From Octopus vulgaris (taxonomy: Eukaryota): a DNA stretch of 64,000 bases. The position numbers and the translations under genes were made by a program. The notes below the pieces were generated by a model, which was not told where the DNA came from, searched no databases, and saw nothing but the letters and a program-made list of their open reading frames with translations. The stretch is taken from positions 21,018,001-21,082,000 of the forward strand of contig OX597827.1 in the NCBI GenBank assembly GCA_951406725.2, given 5' to 3'. This document shows, piece after piece, positions 27,119 to 41,639 of this stretch (its first letter is position 1; each line of letters begins with the position of its first letter).

Positions 27119-27536
27119 GTCTATTGCGAATTGGGAAATGTTACAATTCCTCTTCTGGGTATTTCTTGATGTTTTGAAATTTCTTTATTGACTATTTTAA
27201 AATTTTTCTTCTCCTGCGGTTCGAATTTTAATTGTTCCACGTGTTGCATCCTAGAAAGTCTTTTCTTCGTAGAAAATAAGAATCGGCAAACCTGTTTTTT
27301 CCGTAAAAATATCGCAGAATTCTTTAACAATTTAGAGAAGCTGGCTATGTTGTTTCCAAGTTGTTTTATTTTATTAATGTATTTGAGATGTTACAGTCGT
27401 CATTTTCCACAGCTACTGAAGGGTTTCTTAACTGCAAAATGATGTCAATCCAATATTCACGGTAATCTAGCGGGTACCTACCTCTTGGCACACGACAGTT
27501 TTCTTCTTCAAAGTTCGAGTTATACAGAGCAATAAG

Positions 27537-27966
27537 GGATCTTTTCGGTTTGAACGGCAGTTTTTTCTAGCGGTATCATATGAAATTGTCACCCATAATT
27601 ATGACTCTAGTATCGATCTATTGCATTTCAACCTATTTTAGGGTTAGTTAGGGTTAGGGTTAGGGGTGGGGGAAGGGTATCTTTTTTTTCTTCAGAAATG
27701 TAAATAAACCCAATCTGTTTCTTAAACGAAGGATATATTCATACGGCTCAGAATGTTTTTTACCTCAATGGACGTCATTGATTGGTTGAAATTGCAGAAA
27801 TTAAAGGAAAAAAAACCCAACAAATATGTTACAAACTATAGAATTTTCTCAATTAAGCCAAGAGAAAAAGATGTTTTATAAACACATTCTACCAGTATAC
27901 GAAGTTTGAAATTTTTTAGTTACCTAGAAATTATGTTAAAAACTGCCGTTCAAACCGAAAAGATCC
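27537..27966. mobile_element. GG-terminal MITE (Merlin-like) with internal TTAGGG repeats
   Basis: TIR GGATCTTTTCGGTTTGAACGGCAGTTTT. 8-bp TSD GCAATAAG. Confidence 0.85.
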
Positions 27967-28177
27967 GCAATAAGTCATATACTGACCGCTTTAAGTGAAA
28001 ACTATCTTCCCAACTTTTCATATTATTTTGAAGTCTTCAGATTGATGCCAAATTTGTTGAAGATTTCGCCGTTTATCCAATTCTCTGCTAAAAGATTATT
28101 TTTGTCTCTTTCTCCGTGCGTAAATCATTTATAGAAGTTTCTCTGCCTGCTTTAGAGTGAGCAATAAAATTCTATTA

Positions 28178-28557
28178 CGCAGGAGTGGCTGTGTGGTAAG
28201 TAGCTTGCTTACCAACCACATGGTTCCGGGTTCAGTCCCACTGCGTGGCACCTGGGGCAAGTGTCTTCTACTATAGCCTCGGGCCGACCAAAGCCTTGCG
28301 AGTGGATTTGGTAGACGGAAACTGAAAGAAGCCCGCCGTATATATGTATATGTATATGTGTGTGTATCGCTTGGCAACCGATGCTGGTGTGTTTACATCC
28401 CCGTAACTTACCAGTTCGGCAAAAGAGAGCGATAGAATAAGTACTAGGCTTACAAAGAATAAGTCCTGGGGTCGATTTGCTCGACTAAAGGTGGTGCTCC
28501 AGCATGGCTGCAGTCAAATGACTGAAACAAGTAAAAGAGTAAAGGAGTAAAAGAGTA
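28178..28557 (+). mobile_element. SINE family A, uninterrupted (empty-site reference)
   Basis: Continuous GTGTGGTAAGTAGCTTGCTTACCAACC. Confidence 0.88.
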
Positions 28558-30195
28558 CGAAATTGTCAGATGTTTTGTCGTTAATATTTAACTAACATCA
28601 CATGTTTCTTGATGAAGTTTTTGAACATTTCAAATTAGGACCGTAAATCTTGTCATTTAGTGCAAATATATCTATTCAGTGGCACAGAATATCGTCGGGG
28701 GAAAGACCCACTCTGTGCCAGCTTCCAAACACCTTGGCTCTGTGCCACTAACAGGATTCTAACTTAAAGCTTTTAGGTCATTCGAATCAGCTCCCGGCAT
28801 CAGACACTCCCCCTCTTCCTCCAACACCACCACCACCACCATTTCCAGGAAATACCAGTCTATGAATCAGAAAACTAATGAAAAACTTTTGTCATGTCAT
28901 GCCCTCCATCGTCTGTAAAAATCATATAGCTAATATCAGTAACTGAATATCTAATTTCTTCTCATTTGAGCAAATATTCGATATATGCAGCCCCTTGCTG
29001 TAATAACGCCCGAACCAACAGTGGCTTCAAACAGAAGATAATTTATAATCCGACCATAAAAAGAACGAATCCTAAAAATAGACCTACAAAGATTATATGG
29101 TTCGCTTTTTTCTTGTGTGTTACGAAGAATGTAGGCAGAAAATCCCTTGCCTCGAAAAATAAGCATTTCCCGGATAGGCACAAGTATAAGAAAATTTTTA
29201 AAAGACGTTCCGGGAAAGTTTCTTGTAGTTGCTGCCACCCCAAAATGGAAAGCATTATTTTATGGAAGTCACACTGGGCGCCTACTCCAAAATGTAACTA
29301 TATAGACCCAGACACTTGCCCCTCAGCCAGGTATGCATAGTTACCTCATGGTATGCGATGCTGAGGTCACCTCAGGTCTACCAAATGACGAACCAGAAAA
29401 ACAATATATTGTACTGTATGATAAGATCTTTAAAAAGAGATATACCAGCTACCAGTTATCTTTCCGGTACGTTCACAAGAAGAAAATCATTAAGTTAGTT
29501 AGGATATGAATGCCAATAACACCATTCACACACATTGTAGAACGATCCACAGCAAGTGTTGATATGTAAAGGAGATGCAGACTTTGTATAACCGAAAAAC
29601 TCATAGATATTTTACATCTAATAATTCCAGCGACCTACGCAAAATCAAACATCTTGACTATCAAACTCTACTGGAGAACACCAGCTCTCCTGACTAGGCA
29701 GACAGTCTAACAAACTTTAACATTTTCCCGTTGAATTAACCGCATCGACAATTGTTATTTCTCATTCCAACGGACGAAAGGGAGACAACTCTTATCTCAC
29801 TTCATTTCAAGCTTTCCTTATCTCATTTCCTTTCTTTTCTCATTTTTCTTCATTTTCCTCCGTAATTCTTTGTAGCTCTTTCTTGCTTTCCCTGAGAGAG
29901 CAGCCGTATTCTGGACTTGAAAGATTGCAGGATAACACACAGCTCGGCGTGCAAGGTCGACCAGTTACTGTACTACCGGAGTACGAAACTTATAGTAGCT
30001 CACACATACTTATGTGTACGCACACACACAGACACACAGACACGCTGCTCACACAAGTTTTTTCTATCGATTTACGTGCGCTGGGACGCGCGCATGCGCT
30101 TACGAATAGCAAACTGTCTTCTTTTTCGGAATAAATGAGCTTCCATTTGGTCGGCTGAAATAGAAGCCATGTAGAATGACTGGGAAGATCAAACG

Positions 30196-30636
30196 AACCA
30201 CCACCACCACCACCACCACCACCACCACCACCGTCAACAAGAACAGCAACATCGTCAGCTCTATCATCACCAGTAGCATTGTTGTCATCAACATTGTCAT
30301 CATCATCATCATCATCGTCGTCGTCGTTGTCGTCATCATCATCATCATCGTCATCATTATCATTATCATCATCATCGTCATCATCATCATCATCAGCATC
30401 ATCGTCGTCGTCGTCATTATCATAATCGTCGTCGTCATCATCATCATCTTCATTATCATCGTCATCATCATCATTATCATTATCATTATCATCATCGTCA
30501 TCGTCATCAGCATCATCGTCGTCGTCGTCATCATCATAATCATCGTCGTCGTCATCATCATCATCATCATCATCATCGTTATCATCATCATCATCATAAT
30601 CATCGTCATCATCATCATCATCAGCAGCAGCAGCAA
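30196..30636. repeat. Trinucleotide repeats (ACC)n and (ATC/GTC)n
   Basis: Direct reading. Confidence 0.95.
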
Positions 30637-32267
30637 CGTTAACTGCAGCAGTACTGGCAGTACAAACTATCGTATCTGTACATCGAGGTATATTTGAGAA
30701 GATAATGGAATGTTAGATTGGAGGCAGTCGAGACAGAAGAGCGCCAGATTGACTGGATTGCAGTATTCTAGTGTTATATCACTTACGTGTCAGAAGTTTA
30801 CTGAGAATCTAGTAAGCTGACAATCTAGTTATCCGGCAATCTAATAATCCGGCAATCTAGTTATCCGGCATTCTAACTTTCCTTTAAGTAAGCTAAGTGC
30901 CCGGCCTCTGGAGGGCAAAAAATCCAGAAGATTCGTGGATTGAGATTAAAATCTCCACAAAAAGACCAAAATGAGAGTTTGTATTTATTTATTAAGTGAA
31001 ATGGTTTAGTTAGAAGTAGAATGGAAATTATGAAGACGATGACAGGATCTACAAGATTGATAAGGGGTGGGGGGAGAAAGGGATATCGATGACGGGTCAT
31101 CCTCTCGACATATTTTATCGATTGATTGATATTACAGATACCAAATGGCTATTTTATTATCGCCCTTCAATTAATTAGTTTTCTTATGTAAAATTCAATT
31201 AATTATAATATATGAGATATCCGTTGTGATGTTACACTTTAAAAGATCATGCCAACAATTTAGTGTCGTCATTGGTTTAGTGCAAAGGTTCTGAACCCAT
31301 TTTGGCCAAAGGCCCCCTTTTGACCCTTCGAGTCACAAATGCCCCCCACCCCCGAAAATATTTTGATTTTTCAATAAACTTATTTTGATATCAGCAGATA
31401 ATGGTAAAAAATTAAAGGACGTCGTTTTGCGTATGCGCTTGTACACAGCCGGGAGTAGAGATGTACAAATTGAAATGCAAAAAAAAAAAATAATAATTAA
31501 ATAATAAATTATAAGTTTAGTAATTGCATTTATTTCCACCACGCGACACTTTTGAGATCAACGTGTCCTCTATCGAAAGAGTGCTCTTTGGTACAAGTAA
31601 ATGCTGATGAAATCATTTCAAACCTTTCCGATTTCCCGTATCAAAACAGCAAGAACTTGTGAAATAATCTGAGATATAAGTTATTGTCACCCGAGAAGAG
31701 GATTGTTTATGCTCAACAAAGAGAGTCTTTTTGATAGAAATTGTTGAAATACATATGTACGTCATATGAGTAGCAAATTGTGGAGGATGGGATTCACTGT
31801 ACTCGGATCTTGTGAGTCTGAGTCACAAAATCAGCCCACTTTTAAAATGAGGTCAAAAAAATCTGAAAATTTGTCATATTAAACATTCATTTCTTATTCA
31901 GGATCCTGTTTGTTTCATTCGCAAAATCTGCATTTTTTAAAAGAAAGTAAAAATCTGAAAATTGGTTTTTCTTGATGCAGTTTTACACGCTTATTCCTAA
32001 AAAGCCAAACGCACAATTTTTTTTTAAATTCCTGGTTTCAAAATACGGACAGTACGAATCTACCATTCGTTTCTCTTTATAATTTCTAAATAATCTTTTA
32101 AATACTTCAAAATCAAAATTGCGTAAATATGTGTGCCAGAAACAGTAGTTAAAAATTAAGGAAATAAATTTGGGAGAGATCTCTTATTTATGACTGACTT
32201 TTATTCCATTATTTTAATATCTTCTGAAACTTATACATATACATGTATAAATGCATACAGAAACATA

Positions 32268-32309
<42 letters not shown>

Positions 32310-32522
32310 TTTTATATATATCCTTGTATATATAAATAAATATTTCGGCATATCTACACAATTGTTCCCCAAATATTTGCTTCTTCATAACCTTGAGAAA
32401 ATTAAATATTTCTTTTCTACAAATATACTTCAGATCATGTAGATTCCAATTAAATAGGAATTCATTGTGAAAACCGTTTGTCCCTAAAGGAGTTCTAGAA
32501 AATTCACACCATTAGGCTTTGT

Positions 32523-32577
<55 letters not shown>

Positions 32578-32789
32578 TATAGGATAAAAATTTTTTCGGG
32601 AAAAAAATTTTATCAATGGCCAGCATATCAAAAAATGCCTTTAAAGGTAAAATTTATACATAATTTACAAGATAAGGGCAGAAGAAAATTCTAATGCCAG
32701 ATACGCATTGGGTACTTAAGTCTGCTCGGGACTTGGTGCTTGCTTCTTCCGTGGGTATGAATAAGTATTTCATTTATATCTCGTGTATG

Positions 32790-32848
32790 TGCCGCTGAAG
32801 AGGGGAAAATTTCTTGTGAATTAACCCCGAAATTGGACCAATACGGTA
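32790..32848 (+). ncRNA. Type I hammerhead ribozyme in element 32580-32980 (family of 12876-13260)
   Basis: TGCCG-CTGAAGA-GGGG...CCCC-GAAA-TTGGACCAA-TA-CGGTA. The element lies between (AT)n tracts. Confidence 0.88.
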
Positions 32849-32977
32849 ATAACGAATTTTTTAGAGATTTCTATCGTTTTGTTTCGAGACGCATAAATTT
32901 AATGGTTATCGACATTTTTTTTGTTTCGGTGTATCTGGCATTAGAATTTTTCTTCTGCCCTTATTATCTTATCTTAT

Positions 32978-33051
<74 letters not shown>

Positions 33052-33054
<3 letters not shown>

Positions 33055-33348
33055 AGGCGCAATGGCCCAGTGGTTAGGGCAGCGGACTCGCGGTTTCGGT
33101 TCCCAGACCGGGCGTTGTGGGTGTTTATTGAGCGAAAACACCTAAAGCTCCACGAGGCTCCGGCAGGGGATGGTGGTGATCCCTGCTGTACTCTTTCACC
33201 ACAACTTTCTCTCACTCTTTCTTCTGTTGGCCTGCTCGCTTAGCCAGCGGGGCAGCGTCATTTGAAGGCTAAAACAATGCGAAGCGCATTGTGACCAGCG
33301 ATGTGTAGCAACATCTGATAGCCTGGTCGGTCACGGTGATCACGGTGA
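33052..33348 (+). mobile_element. SINE family B
   Basis: Matches the reverse complement of 8757-9062. Confidence 0.85.
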
Positions 33349-33882
33349 TATATATATATATATATATATAGTATTGTTTTAATTATATCTTTATACACGC
33401 ACATAAAATACTGGCACATCGTCGGTTACGATAATCACAAGTATCCCAAAACTTCTTCACCAATCTTCCAACTTCATTTTTCCTCTTAAAAAGAAGACTT
33501 TCGTCTACTTGGACTATATGTCGTACCACTGCATGGCTGTCTGTCTGCTAATGTTGCTGATGGACATGCAGCATGTCACTGGCATTTCACATATAAAATC
33601 CAGGATTATATGAACAAGTGTGGAGACCGTCAGTTAACCTTCTTCCATAAAAGAATTTTAAAATTATTTGGAAATTATAAAGAGAAACGAATTGTAGATT
33701 CGAATTGTCCGTATTTTAAAACAACAAATTAAAAAAAAACTGAGGAGCGGGAGTTTTTTTTTTTTTTGCATAACTACATCAATTCTATTATACAGAAGAC
33801 AGAATCGAAAAAAAATTGTAAAAATTCTTAAAAATACAAAAGTTATGAGGGGTTTTAGCACATGCTTACATCATAATTCCGC

Positions 33883-33916
<34 letters not shown>

Positions 33917-34222
33917 CATCAGACCACACCACACTACACCATACAACATTACACATCACATCACAACACACCACCCATACACCCATCCCCACATTTTCAC
34001 ACCTACACATACATACACGCACACGTCCAGACCACCAGCCCTCATTCACACGCACATACATACTCTCTTATACACACACGCACCTTCGTGTTGGGGGTCA
34101 TCTTTACTTTGTTATCTCCCCTACTTTCCCTCTTGTGTGTGACCCTTCTGTCCGAGTCAGTCACCATGATAGATCGTTACCCACTGCACACATTTTTTCT
34201 CTCCTTGTTTTTTTCTGTGTCC

Positions 34223-34258
34223 CTTTCTGTAGAAGAGCGTAGTCTCGAAACGTAAAAG
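34223..34258 (+). ncRNA. Minimal hammerhead-like motif (CUGUAGA)
   Basis: CTTT-CTGTAGA-A-GAGCGTAGTCTC-GAAA-CG-TA-AAAG. Confidence 0.6.
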
Positions 34259-34362
34259 ACTTTTTCTATTTCTGAGCGTTATACTAATACATCTTTTTGT
34301 TTTGTACACCACCTGTCTTCGTCTTTTGTTTTATTCGTAAACACTCCAAATAAATATATATA

Positions 34363-34402
<40 letters not shown>

Positions 34403-34546
34403 TATATATATTTATTTCTTTATTGCCCACAAGGGGCTATATAGACATATATATATTATTTACTTATACACATCAACAAATGAGTTGATGGGGTACTCTC
34501 CGTGTAGTTATCCAATTTTCTAAAAATAACACCTAAATCTCCCTTA

Positions 34547-35485
34547 GAATCTTTTCTAAAAGAAGGACTGATTTTTCTAGTTAACTAAATAATTTTAAAC
34601 TTCGTATACTGGTAGAATGTGTCAAAAGAAAACATTAATTTCAACTAGTTTTTTTGAGAAAAATGTATTTTGTAAGTTTAAACGTAGTTTAAATCTGCGA
34701 ATTTTAACCAATCGTATTGTCTGTTTTGATCTGAAATCATTATCTGCATAGTGTTACTGTGACGTAGACAGCTATTTTGTGAAAATTTTAAACAGCGTGG
34801 GTAAGAAGTAAACAAACAGTTGTGGTAGATGTGGTTATCATGGCAGTGGTGGTGGTGGTGGTGGTGGTGGTGGTGGTGGTGGTGGTGTAGTGGTGACAGT
34901 GGATATGTATGATGGCAGCAATTATAGTGTTGGTGTTTTTGTAGAGGTGGTGGTGGTGGTGGCGGCAGTGGATGATGATGATAATGATGATGATAGTAGT
35001 AGTGGCATTGATTATGTTAGGATGTCTCATGGATGGTAGTGTTGAAGACATTGCAGAGTGTAGTGATGGTGAAATTGGTGATTTTGAATATGATGCTGGT
35101 ATTGGTCTTGGGGTTGTGGTTGCAGAAGATGGTTGTGGTGGTGGCATTGGAGGTTGTAGTAATGGTTGTAGTGGTGGTTGTGAAGATGATTCTGATATTG
35201 ATAGTCTTTGCATTGAAGTGGTGGCAGAGTCAGAGTAAATAATAAGAGCCCAGTTAACACAAGATTCTTAAATTTCGGAGATCATAAGATAGAGAGCAAG
35301 AAGTTAAAAGTTCCAATACTGGCCCAATTCCTAGACCCAGATTCTTCAACTATTTTATACGAAAGGGGTTAATGGCAGGGTAGGGATTCAGCTTAAAAAT
35401 AAATTGTATAACAAAAAATACATAAATAAATTACTGCTCCAACGATGTAATTTTAGTATGTGTGTGTGTATGTATGTATGTATGT

Positions 35486-35520
<35 letters not shown>

Positions 35521-36302
35521 GATCAAAACAGTTTGATTCAAATTCTGTGGTACTTATATATTCAAACATACATATACATGTAGATGTATATAACATATAT
35601 ATATATATATTGTATGTAAACATCTTTTATATATATATAATGTATGCATCTATAATACACACACATTATAAATATATACACATATATGCATATGCATTAG
35701 AATGTGTGTATAGGTGTATATATATATATGCATATGTTTGTATACATGTGTGTGTAGCTATTTAGGATCTACACAAATTTTATATATACTCCACGAAGTT
35801 TGAAAGTGTTTAGAAAAAATTATTTTTTTTAAATCTGTAGGTCAAAAGGTAAAGATCCGGTATTTTAAATTTTTGTTGCATTTCTAATCTTTCTGATGTC
35901 TAAGGATGGATATTTATGCGTATGAATCATTTTCTTTTTATTTTGTTTCAAATATAATTCTAGGGAACTGAAAAAGCTGTGTACGATGCCAAGCGAATTT
36001 AGCTGTTTACGATAAGCGGATGTTTACATTTTGGCTGTTTACATGTTTATGTTAAGTACGTCACAAAATAGCTGTTTACGTCACAGTAACAATATGTTGA
36101 CAGGCAGTAAATGATATGAGGTCAAAACAAAGAATACCATTGTTTAAAATTCGAATTATTAAATTACGTTAAACTTAGAAATTACAATTCCGTTTTCAAT
36201 TTGGTTTACAATTATGTTTCCTTTTGACTCATTCTACCAGTATACGAAGTTTCAAATTGTTTACTTAACTAGAAAAATCTGTCCTTCTTTTAGAAGAGAT
36301 CC
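34547..36302. mobile_element. 1.76-kb Merlin-like TIR element carrying unrelated internal sequence
   Basis: Ends GAATCTTTTCTAAAAGAAGGAC and GTCCTTCTTTTAGAAGAGATCC, with ~240-bp diverged inverted arms. 8-bp TSD CTCCCTTA. Confidence 0.75.
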
Positions 36303-36670
36303 CTCCCTTATACTATGCTCTTGTTAGTATTAAGGAAAGGGACAATGTTCACTCCTCTCCATCATTACGATTAAAATTAATATTTTTTATTTTGTTCGGC
36401 TCTGTGAATTTAACTGTTTTTTAAGTGCTTCTATCCATTGCTTGATACAGGAAATTGGAAATTCCTAAACAAAACAGAGAAATTCTAACTTAACAAAAAA
36501 TATACAAAGAGAAAGAAAAGGTTCTGTTTTCCAAAGCCAAAAGATGTGTCTTTAGCTGGGGTGTAATTTTATAATTACAACAAATTCAAAATTTGAATTT
36601 CAAAACATAAGACTTACCACGTTATCTGGTGTATAGCCGCATTTCAAATGGGTACAAAACCTAAAACAAA

Positions 36671-36721
<51 letters not shown>

Positions 36722-36894
36722 TTGGGTCTTTAACAGCCGGGGGTCAATTTAAGTTCAATCGCAGAAAGGAAAACAAAACGGCAACACACGCAATCATATA
36801 CATACAAACATACCCATACATACACACACATACACAAATACATACCTATCAGCCAGTTTGATCCAGAATTCTGACCACCATTCTTTGTATATTT

Positions 36895-36965
<71 letters not shown>

Positions 36966-38401
36966 CATTCAGCTTTTCGCTTTTATTCATTACCTTTTTT
37001 TTTTCTTTTAATCGTCTGTCACTATTCATCTGCTTTTAGTTTTTGCTTTAGGGGTTTCACTTTAGCGACACCAGTTACACATGGTACTAGGAATTTTGCT
37101 TGGTGTCGTCAAAGTGGAAAAGGTGTTTTTGAAGTTTTTGAAAATTTGAAACAAAAAGGCATGGCTTTTTAAACCCACTTCGCAGATGTGAAAATATGGC
37201 TACTACTCGTCAATTCCAAATTAAAGTTACCAAGTCCCTTAACGCCCCCTAGTGCCCCTTTGCTCCAAAACGCCCCCATCGAGCTCCAAATGGCCCCCGT
37301 TGAGAATGTTTGGTTTAGTGTCTTTGGAATATTACGGCAAACTTGGAGCATTTTTCGATTATTTCATTTGCCTTTCTTCAGTTGTGAATCTTCTGTTGTG
37401 AATCTTCAGTTGTTTCATCTAACTGAGCTGGTGGCACGATGGGCGTTTTTCGAGTTTGTACGGTTCTTGTACAGTTGTATAGTTTGTGTGGCTGCGTTGT
37501 TTATACGGTGGCATGGTTTATACTGTTTGAATAGGCCACATGGCCAGATAGCTTGTATGGTTTATGTAATTTGTATGGCCGTGGAGAGACCTGCAAGAAC
37601 TAAGGAAACACGCGAGAGAAATGTCGCTAACGAGGTCTAAACTGGTTCAATAATTCGATCATTGAAATAAACAATTGATCCATTGGTCAGTGATTTAAGA
37701 CATTTCAGATTTTCAAGGCGGATATTTAGAGTTTGAAGCAAGTCAGAGTTGAGGAGAACTAAATTACATTGAGGTGAATGATTCCTAGTTCTTAGCTTAA
37801 GCTTATCTGGAGTTAATTATCACCTGCACTTAACAGTTTGCCAGGTACATACATACATACATATATACATACATGCACACGCACGTACACGCACACACAC
37901 GCACACATTAACACACACACACATAAACACGCGCATACATATTTGCATATATACATACATTTAATCCTTGCTCAGGAATTTTTTACAAAATCCAATTTTG
38001 GCGAAATAACAAGTTTTCTGTTGAGTTGAAGTCGAACCTTGCCTATTGTGAACGACGATCTGTGTGCACGCGTGTGTATATGTGTGTACGAAAAAAGCCT
38101 GTGCGTGTGCGTACCTGTGTATTTATGTACGTATGTATGCATGTATGTATAAATGTATGTGTGTATGTGTGTGTGTATGTGTGTATGTATGTTTGTGTAT
38201 GTATAAAAGTTGAGTTTGTTTTAATTGCCATTCAGTAATTATTATACATCTTCCATAGGATTTATCATTGGTTTATTAAAATTAACTCCGATAATTCTGA
38301 TAAATCAAGAATTTATGTTGTATGGTATTTGATATACCTGTATTTATCTATTTTGTTCAGTTGACCCATTCTGAGTTATTTTTCTTAGTTCATTTTTGTT
38401 T

Positions 38402-38449
<48 letters not shown>

Positions 38450-38930
38450 GTTTACATTGTATATACTGAGTCCACAGGGAAGTAACTTTTTCATCAGTTA
38501 TGTGTTCGACTGAAAAGGACTCTTTTACTCCCGACACCCAGATATTTTGCTTGTCTGGGTATGTTTCAACTTACCCCAGATTAAATATGATTTTCATATG
38601 CGCAAATTACTCTGCGCTTTAATGAGTTGGCCAACTTGGTCTTATCGTATAATCTTAACTATTTTTAGAAGATCCTTTTTCTGTCTGCTTTTCTGGCGCG
38701 ATCTCATGCAACAAGTACAGTCTGTTTGAGGTAGCATGCTTTGTAGACTTAAATTAAACGCAGCCACTGGATCTGATTGCAGTAAGTCAAACTGAAGGCC
38801 GTAAATGAATCTTTTTTTATTAAAAACTGGTAATATGCACTCGATTTTCTGCACACCCATAAATAACTTAAATTACACCAGTGATTTAAAATAAAAGAAT
38901 GTGAAGTTCTTCTCCACCCGCGACTTGAAT

Positions 38931-38961
<31 letters not shown>

Positions 38962-39632
38962 TTACGGGTAAAGACTGAAGGTACATTTCAGGCAAATATA
39001 TGAAAAAAGAGACAGAATGAAGAAATAAAATAAATTAAGAAAAATAAAAAATAAAAAGATAAAATCAGCATATTAATTTTGAACGAGTTTTAATTAGAGA
39101 AATGAGATTACTTTACAAAACCAAAATTCTATGAAGATTTGTTTAGATGTTTGTGTGAAGTAAGAAAATATGCTATTTGATAAATAAAGAGCTACAAGCT
39201 AGTAAACATAAGTCTCCATCCGACTTCGCCCACCATTCCCGAGAGGGTCGTGGGTTTAGAGTTCTCACGCACCTCATCCATAGGGTTCTCGGAAAGCAAC
39301 CATCATTACACTTTCCTGCTGTTCCATTCCCAAGCGTGACCAACTAAAACTATGGATACCATCCAACCATTTCGTTCTTAGTATACTCCTAAGCCTCCTG
39401 TCGGTTGGTTCGACTTGAAGAATCTTTGACCGCTTCTATTCGAGATCGAAACCGAATTGTGGATAGCAAGTTTGGCTTCTTTTTTTGGTATCAATCTCTC
39501 TTCGTCTGAGATTCAAATGCTTGAGCTGACGCATTGCTGTACCAAGACACGCAATTTTAGCATCTAACAATATAATCTCCTAATATAATAATGAGCGTAG
39601 TGTTTTTATATATTTGTATATACATACATACA

Positions 39633-39692
<60 letters not shown>

Positions 39693-39739
39693 CATACATA
39701 TACATACATACATACATATACATACATACATATATATAC

Positions 39740-39770
<31 letters not shown>

Positions 39771-39925
39771 CATACTACATATATATACATACATACATAT
39801 ATATACATACTACATATATATACATACATACATATATATATACATACTACATATATGTACTACATACATATATATACATACTAACATATATATACATACA
39901 TACATACATACATACATACATACAT

Positions 39926-39967
<42 letters not shown>

Positions 39968-39995
39968 AAATAAGCAACAAGGATATCCAGAGGTA

Positions 39996-40084
39996 ATGCG
40001 GTACGATAGTTTCATGCAACTCCATTTAATTGAACAATGCAATCATTACATCAATTTAAAATGGAGAGCAATCTTCAGCTGCAC
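39996..40084 (-). ncRNA. Hammerhead motif, long stem II (family of 2747-2830)
   Basis: GTGCAG-CTGAAGA-TTGC..CTCCATTT...AAATGGAG..GCAT-GAAA-CTATCG-TA-CCGCAT. Confidence 0.65.
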
Positions 40085-41240
40085 AAAGATATAAAAGTTA
40101 ATTAAATTAGAACAGATGGACACATTAGTATAATTATACCTAAAATCTTCAAAAAGTTAAGGAGATAAACAAAGAACATGCTGTCTCACTCCAGCATAGA
40201 AGTTACTAAGTTTTCAAGAAGATATACATTGTTACAGACTCTGCCTGTCACTGATTTTTTTGTTTTTATGGGGTCAGTTTTAATTTATAGACTAGTTTAT
40301 CAAATCCCTTGTATATCTAAGGCTGAGAGAACAGAGGGCAGTATCTGTTAGGGGTAGGGCTGAGGGAGCAGACAGTCAATTTAGTTGGTATGGCCATAAA
40401 AATCAAAATTTATTAGAAGCAATATCATGACGTTTGTAAAGGAAAACTTAAAACAAGATGTTAGCTGACAATTAAGAGGGTTGCCCACTAGTAGACCATT
40501 GATAATGAAAAAGGGGACGTCTTATCATGTAGTACTATAGTTAAATCTTTTAAACAATGTTGCTATATTGTGTACAGTTAAAGTTTGAGGTTATTCAGAG
40601 GATTATTAAGAAGAATATTATAACAAAAGGATAGAAATTTTTGAATACTTTTGAGTATATACCAAACTTTTACCACAATAGAGGGAGGAAAAGAAGTTAT
40701 CTAGAACTAGTTTAATATTTATAAATATTATACACTTAAATACTAACTCATCAGATGATATCTGTGAATATTGATTAATTGGTATATACTGGTATTAATA
40801 AAGGAGTATTGAGGTAAAGGAACATGTTAATTATATATTAATAAAATTATAATGTAAGTAGTATTTTTTTATAAGTAGTGAACATACCAGTATAGTTTTA
40901 TATAAACTAAGTATGAATTTATAGAGATACAAAAATTAGATTAATTTTATAAATAAATAAAGGCTAATTATAAAATAAAAATAAAATAAAATATAATAAT
41001 CAAGTAGGGTTAGGGTTAGGGTTAGAGTTCCATAGAAAAGGAAATAAAATAGCTTAATTACTAATGCTATGGTAAAGTATATGTAGCTTATTAACACCAA
41101 TAGAGAAGATTTTTAGAAAATGTATAATAATTCAAAATATATTAGACTAAAAATTATATATCTACTTATTTAGCTAATATCAATAAAAGACTGATGTCTG
41201 GTATCAGCTTAAGAAATATTTAAGTTATGGAACAGTCATA

Positions 41241-41639
41241 TCTTTATATATAAAAGTGAGGTTGTGTGCTGTCTGTCTCCTACGATTTAGATTCCTAACT
41301 ACTCCCAGATTTTGCGGTGCAGTTTAACCAAAACCGGGTATCTTATAGTCGTGATTCATATCGAGCCCTTCTGGGTATTAGCGCGCACCTACGATGAGTC
41401 TACGATTTTAAAAAAAAAATTACCATCAATTTTTCCCATTTTTAATGCATTTTTGGCATATATAAGGGAAGTAACTCTCTAAAAATTTTTTATTAAATCT
41501 CAGAACGTAAAAAGCTACAGTAACACATCCCCCCTTTGTGGTTAACCATATTGAGATGGCTATTATACTTTACATCTCTAAAAATGCTTATATAGTTATT
41601 TCCCTTACAAACCCGAGCAACGCCGGGCGATGCTGCTAG
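41241..41639 (+). mobile_element. Non-autonomous Helitron
   Basis: A|TC...hairpin...CTAG|T. Same family as 9129-9521. Confidence 0.9.

Noticed and set aside
30100-30697. Poly-Met and poly-Ile ORFs
   Set aside because: Trinucleotide repeat artefacts.
30826-30872. Three ~16-bp repeats TCTAGTTATCCGGCAA as a CRISPR-like array
   Set aside because: No spacers and a eukaryotic context; this is a simple tandem repeat.
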